NCBI GenBank assembly: GCA_964566835.1
Contig: CAZMKY010000064.1
Span: 1-47,995 of the forward strand
Direction: 5' to 3'
DNA: 47,995 nt
Source: an uncultured Rhodobacterales bacterium
GTDB taxonomy: Bacteria; Pseudomonadota; Alphaproteobacteria; Rhodobacterales; Rhodobacteraceae
Under the pieces are notes generated by a model, which worked only from the letters and a program-made list of their open reading frames with translations, did not search any database and was not told where the DNA came from. Each line of letters begins with the position of its first letter. The stretch's first letter is position 1. Shown here one piece after another: positions 44,307 to 47,995 of the stretch. The position numbers were made by a program, and so were the translations under genes.

Positions 44307-44969
44307 TTGATCGAATTCGACAACGTCAGCAAGTCCTTCTGGACGGGCCAACGCCGCAAGGTGATCCTTGATCGTGCGTCGTTTCGCGTGGAGCTTGGCA
44401 ACTCGCTTGGCATTCTCGCGCCGAATGGGACGGGCAAGACAACCCTGATCAACATGATTGCCGGGATCGAGAAGCCCGATGAAGGCCGCATCCGTCGAAC
44501 CGGGCGCGTATCCTTCCCCTTGGGCTTCATGGGCGGCGTCGTTGGCCGCCTGTCGGCGTTGGAAAACTGCCGCCATATCGCCAAGCTCTATGGTCTGGAC
44601 CCTGACTACATGGAAGCTTTCTGCCGCTGGCTGTGCAACCTTGAAGAATACTTCGAGATGCCAGTGGCCACTTACAGTGCGGGGATGCGAGGGCGCCTGT
44701 CTTTGGCCCTCCTTCTGGCACTGGATTTCGACTTCTACCTGATCGACGAGGGCATGCCCTCGACCACGGATGCGGAGTTCAATCGCAAGGCCAGCCAGAT
44801 TCTGAGGCAGCGCCTTGAGAATGCGACTGTCATCATCGTGTCCCACCAAGCCAGCACGCTGGAAAAATTCTGTCGCTCTGCGGCTGTCCTTCGACATGGG
44901 CAGCTGACGGTGTTCGACACCCTCGACGAGGCAAGAGAGCTCTATGACTACCAAGCCTACAGCGCCTAG
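44307..44969 (+). CDS. kpsT: KpsT-like polysaccharide-export ABC transporter ATP-binding protein
   Basis: TTG start. It has Walker A APNGTGKTT, the KpsT-type signature YSAGMRGRLSLA, Walker B FYLIDEG and H-loop VSHQ. Confidence 0.8.
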   Translation: MIEFDNVSKSFWTGQRRKVILDRASFRVELGNSLGILAPNGTGKTTLINMIAGIEKPDEGRIRRTGRVSFPLGFMGGVVGRLSALENCRHIAKLYGLDPDYMEAFCRWLCNLEEYFEMPVATYSAGMRGRLSLALLLALDFDFYLIDEGMPSTTDAEFNRKASQILRQRLENATVIIVSHQASTLEKFCRSAAVLRHGQLTVFDTLDEARELYDYQAYSA

Positions 44970-46545
44970 ATTCCGGATCCGGAAAAAGACCACGCGCCCG
45001 CCAAGCCAGCCGCGCGGCAGCGGTGGTGGTCATGGCGGCGACGACGGCTTCGGCGACGTGCCTTTTCCGGGGTCCGCCAAGGCCGAAGCGCAACGTGACG
45101 CAACCGCTGACATCACGGAAATCCGGCGCGAAGGTCTGACGGGGCGTCAATTGCGCATGGCCCGTCGCCTTGCACAGAAACATGGATTGCAACCGGCGTC
45201 GGATTTTGACGCCGTGAGGCTTCTTCGGGCACAAGGCATAGACCCGTTTGATCGGGCTTCCATGCTGGAGCTTGTCGTGCCCGACCCGGACACCACGGCG
45301 GATGAAGCGGGCCCCAAAGCCGGCGCGCGCGAGACCTTGCCGGAACCTGTCGATACACCAAAGCCGTCTGCCTTTTTGCCGGGCCATCCCGCTGCAGCGG
45401 ACATTGGCGGCCACGATCTTGAGCGGATCCAGCGCGACATTGCGCGTCGGCGGCGACGCAAGCTGATCGCGCTTGGGGCGCGCCTTTTCGCTTTTGTCCT
45501 TGTCCCGACGGCCCTTGCCGCAGCCTATTGGACCTTTGTGGCGACGCCAAAATACGCCACGCAGTCGGAATTCGTGATTGAACAGGCGGACAGTCAGGGG
45601 GCCACGGGCGGCCTGTTGTCGGGCACATCCTTCGCAAGCTCTCAGGATTCGATCGTCGTTCAGGATTTCCTGCAATCGCGTGAAGCGATGCTGCGCCTTG
45701 ATGAGGATCTGAACTTCCGTGCGCATTTCTCGGCGCCTACGATCGATTGGTGGCAACGTGTGCCGGCCGATGCGTCGAACGAGGCGCTCTACAAGCATTT
45801 CCAGCGTTCGATCGAGATTGGCTATGACCCGACCGAGGGCGTCATCCGGATGGAGGTTCAGGCACATGATCCGGCGACCAGTCAGGCGTTCTCTGAGGCG
45901 CTGATCGGTTACGCGGAAGAACGCATCGACGGGATTTCCGAGCGCAAGCGAAACGACCAGATGCGGGGCGCGCGTGAAAGCTTTCAGGATGCTGAGATCA
46001 AGATGGTCGAGGCCCAGCAAAACGTTCTGACCCTGCAGGAACAGGTCGGCATTCTGGACCCAGCGTCCGAGACGGCGTCCCTGATGGGCCAGATCGGGAA
46101 CTTCGAGACCCAGTTGGCCGAGAAGCGGCTAACCTTGCAGGGGCTTCTGGACAACGCGCGCCCCAATCAGGCGCGGGTCAGCGGTACGGAAGGCGATATC
46201 ATTCGCCTTGAGGCCCTGATTGCGGATCTGAGATCCGAGTTGACGCAAGCCACGGCCGGCCAAGGATCGTTGGCACAGGTCTCGGCCCGGCTGAGGATGG
46301 CTGAAATCGACCTGCAGACGCGCACCGCGATGATGCAGCAGGCGCTGCAACAGATGGAAACGGCCCGGATCGAGGCAGAACGCCAAGTGCGCTATCTGCT
46401 TGTCGGGATCGCGCCCATCCCGCCGGATGTGCCGACGTCGCCGAATGTGTTGAACAACACGATCATCGCCTTCCTGATCTTCGCAGGCATCTATCTGATG
46501 GCGTCGCTGACGGTGGCCGTGCTGCGCGAACAGGTGTCGAGCTAA
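44944..46545 (+). CDS. kpsE: KpsE/CtrB-like capsule polysaccharide export inner-membrane protein (PCP-3-like) with N-terminal extension
   Basis: 533 aa. A TM helix is followed by ATPKYATQSEFVIEQAD, then a long coiled-coil region and a C-terminal TM helix. It overlaps the kpsT 3' end by 26 nt. Confidence 0.7.
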   Translation: MTTKPTAPRFRIRKKTTRPPSQPRGSGGGHGGDDGFGDVPFPGSAKAEAQRDATADITEIRREGLTGRQLRMARRLAQKHGLQPASDFDAVRLLRAQGIDPFDRASMLELVVPDPDTTADEAGPKAGARETLPEPVDTPKPSAFLPGHPAAADIGGHDLERIQRDIARRRRRKLIALGARLFAFVLVPTALAAAYWTFVATPKYATQSEFVIEQADSQGATGGLLSGTSFASSQDSIVVQDFLQSREAMLRLDEDLNFRAHFSAPTIDWWQRVPADASNEALYKHFQRSIEIGYDPTEGVIRMEVQAHDPATSQAFSEALIGYAEERIDGISERKRNDQMRGARESFQDAEIKMVEAQQNVLTLQEQVGILDPASETASLMGQIGNFETQLAEKRLTLQGLLDNARPNQARVSGTEGDIIRLEALIADLRSELTQATAGQGSLAQVSARLRMAEIDLQTRTAMMQQALQQMETARIEAERQVRYLLVGIAPIPPDVPTSPNVLNNTIIAFLIFAGIYLMASLTVAVLREQVSS

Positions 46546-46569
46546 CGCAAACGCACTAGGTCCCGGACT

Positions 46570-47907
46570 ATGCGGTTTCTACTGGTTGTCCTCTGCCTGA
46601 TCTTCGCCCTGCCCGCCGTCGCGCAAGAGGCTGGCGAGACGGCTCCGAACGGCAGCATTGCCGTCGAGGCCGACGCGGGCACGGACCGCGCCATTCGCGA
46701 ACGCATTGACGACATTCGCGCGGAGCTTCAGGGATTTGAGACCATCGGCGTCTCGGTCGCTTCAGGTGTTGTCACGCTTCAGGGCGAGGTCGTGGACACC
46801 GCCGAAGTCGCGCGGCTTGCTGACCTGATCACCCGGATCGACGGCGTGGTCGCCGTCGAGAACAACGTGGTTGAGACCACGGACGTGTCTGAGCGCCTCG
46901 CGCCAGCGCTGGAACGGATCGAGGGGCGCTTTCAGCAGGGCGTCGCGCTTTTGCCGCTGATCGCCATTGCGGCTTTGGCCGCCCTTGTCGTGAGCGTGCT
47001 GGGTTTTCTGCTGGCCAGATCAGGCCTTTGGGATCGTCTCGCGCCGAATGCCTTCATCGCCGATATCTACCGTCAGGTTCTGCGGCTGCTGTTCGTCATT
47101 GCCGGTCTTGTTCTGGCCTTGGACATCATCGGAGCCACGGCGCTTCTGGGCACGATCCTTGGCGCTGCCGGGATCGTCGGGCTGGCCATCGGTTTTGCGG
47201 TGCGCGACACGGTTGAGAACTTCATCGCCTCGATCATGCTGAGCGTCCGGCAGCCTTTTGCACCCAATGATCTGGTTGAAATCGAGGGCGATCTGGGTCG
47301 GGTCATCCGCCTGACCAGCCGCGCGACGATCCTCTTGTCACCGGATGGCAATCAGATCCGTTTGCCGAATGCGACGGTCTTCAAGGGCCGGATCGTCAAC
47401 TATACCCGCAATCGGGAGCGGCGCTTCGAGTTCGACATCGGCGTCGAAGCAGACAGCGATCTGGGGGCCGTGCGCCAGATGGTTGAAGAAACGGTGGAAG
47501 CCCTGCCCTTCACCCTGACGTCACCTCCCGCGCTCGTCTGGATCGAGACCATGAACGAGACTGGGGTCGTCTTGCGCGTCACGGGTTGGATCGACCAGCA
47601 CGAAAGCAACTTCGCGTTGGCCAGAAGCGAGGCCATCCGCAAGGTCAAGGACGCGATTGAGGCGTCGGGCGTCGCCATTCCGGATACGACCTATCGCATA
47701 AGGCTGGACGGGATGGGCGGCGGCATCGTCACCGCAAGCGACCGGGACCCAGCGCCCAAGCCGGCAGCCCCCAAGTTGAAGAGCGTCGTGGACGACGTGG
47801 ACGTCTCGTCCGACGGCGATGACGAAGCGCTTGAGCAACTTGTCGAAGCCGAACGACAAGCGCCTGATGCCGACGACTTGCTGTCGGACAACGGCGCCAA
47901 GGAATAA
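46570..47907 (+). CDS. mechanosensitive ion channel (MscS family) with N-terminal BON domain
   Basis: A signal peptide (MRFLLVVLCLIFALPAVAQE) is followed by a BON-like segment (VSVASGVVTLQGEVVDTAEVARLADLITRIDGVVAVEN). TM helices and the MscS beta-domain (PFAPNDLVEIEGDLGRVIRLTSRATIL) follow. Confidence 0.85.
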   Translation: MRFLLVVLCLIFALPAVAQEAGETAPNGSIAVEADAGTDRAIRERIDDIRAELQGFETIGVSVASGVVTLQGEVVDTAEVARLADLITRIDGVVAVENNVVETTDVSERLAPALERIEGRFQQGVALLPLIAIAALAALVVSVLGFLLARSGLWDRLAPNAFIADIYRQVLRLLFVIAGLVLALDIIGATALLGTILGAAGIVGLAIGFAVRDTVENFIASIMLSVRQPFAPNDLVEIEGDLGRVIRLTSRATILLSPDGNQIRLPNATVFKGRIVNYTRNRERRFEFDIGVEADSDLGAVRQMVEETVEALPFTLTSPPALVWIETMNETGVVLRVTGWIDQHESNFALARSEAIRKVKDAIEASGVAIPDTTYRIRLDGMGGGIVTASDRDPAPKPAAPKLKSVVDDVDVSSDGDDEALEQLVEAERQAPDADDLLSDNGAKE

Positions 47908-47932
47908 TGCGGAATTTTGACCCATAAGGGTC

Positions 47933-47961
47933 TTGCACAGGCCCAATCACCTCAGTAAGTA
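47933..47961 (+). promoter_or_regulatory. candidate sigma70-type promoter for the tRNA
   Basis: TTGCAC-N17-TAAGTA ends 12 nt before the predicted tRNA 5' end. Confidence 0.3.
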
Positions 47962-47973
47962 ACGGCGGCCTGC

Positions 47974-47995
47974 TGGGGTGTAGCCAAGTGGTAAG
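47974..47995 (+). tRNA. 5' end of a tRNA (acceptor stem plus D-arm), possibly tRNA-Gln; cut by window edge
   Basis: TGGGGTGTAGCCAAGTGGTAAG has the acceptor-stem/D-loop layout (GTAGCCAAGTGGTAAG) and closely resembles the start of E. coli tRNA-Gln (UGGGGUAUCGCCAAGCGGUAAG). The anticodon lies outside the window. Confidence 0.6.

Overview
By eye this is a high-GC, gene-dense chromosomal segment. Gene content suggests an alphaproteobacterium, probably Rhodobacterales (pcs, DUF1127, sitABCD-type importer, DUF4198/HupE, DUF484-xerC). That assignment is an inference I cannot verify here. I call about 40 protein genes, mostly housekeeping. They are priA (cut by the window edge), a LysE exporter, fsa, DUF484-xerC, pcs, ogt, ileS, a Crp-family regulator beside a cNMP-domain/TrxR-like flavoprotein, DUF1127, ycjF-ycjX, truA and a divergent DUF4198 / HupE-UreJ-like pair. 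They continue with a tightly packed seven-gene glycogen string (glgP-glgB-glgC-glgA-glgX-pgm plus an unassigned GH13-like gene), glpD-glpK and a sitABCD-like Mn/Fe importer. The rest are an SseB-like gene coupled to a UDG-family gene, an ArsR regulator plus ArsP_1-type permease, nhaA, a J-domain protein, a kpsT/kpsE-like pair, a BON-MscS channel and the first ~22 nt of a tRNA. Many adjacent genes overlap as ATGA, which supports the chosen starts. I see no CRISPR array, IS or transposase, prophage, or recognisable defence or toxin-antitoxin module, so I cannot point to a clearly novel system. The best leads are modest. They are the divergent GH13-like enzyme ending the glycogen operon (which lacks malQ), the cNMP-binding TrxR-like protein without a CxxC site next to a Crp-like regulator with a non-canonical recognition helix, a DtxR-like tail fused to the first Mn/Fe permease, an ArsR/permease pair with Cys/His-rich motifs, a short dispersed intergenic repeat, and several operator-like palindromes. 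The many long ORFs antisense to real genes are high-GC artefacts.
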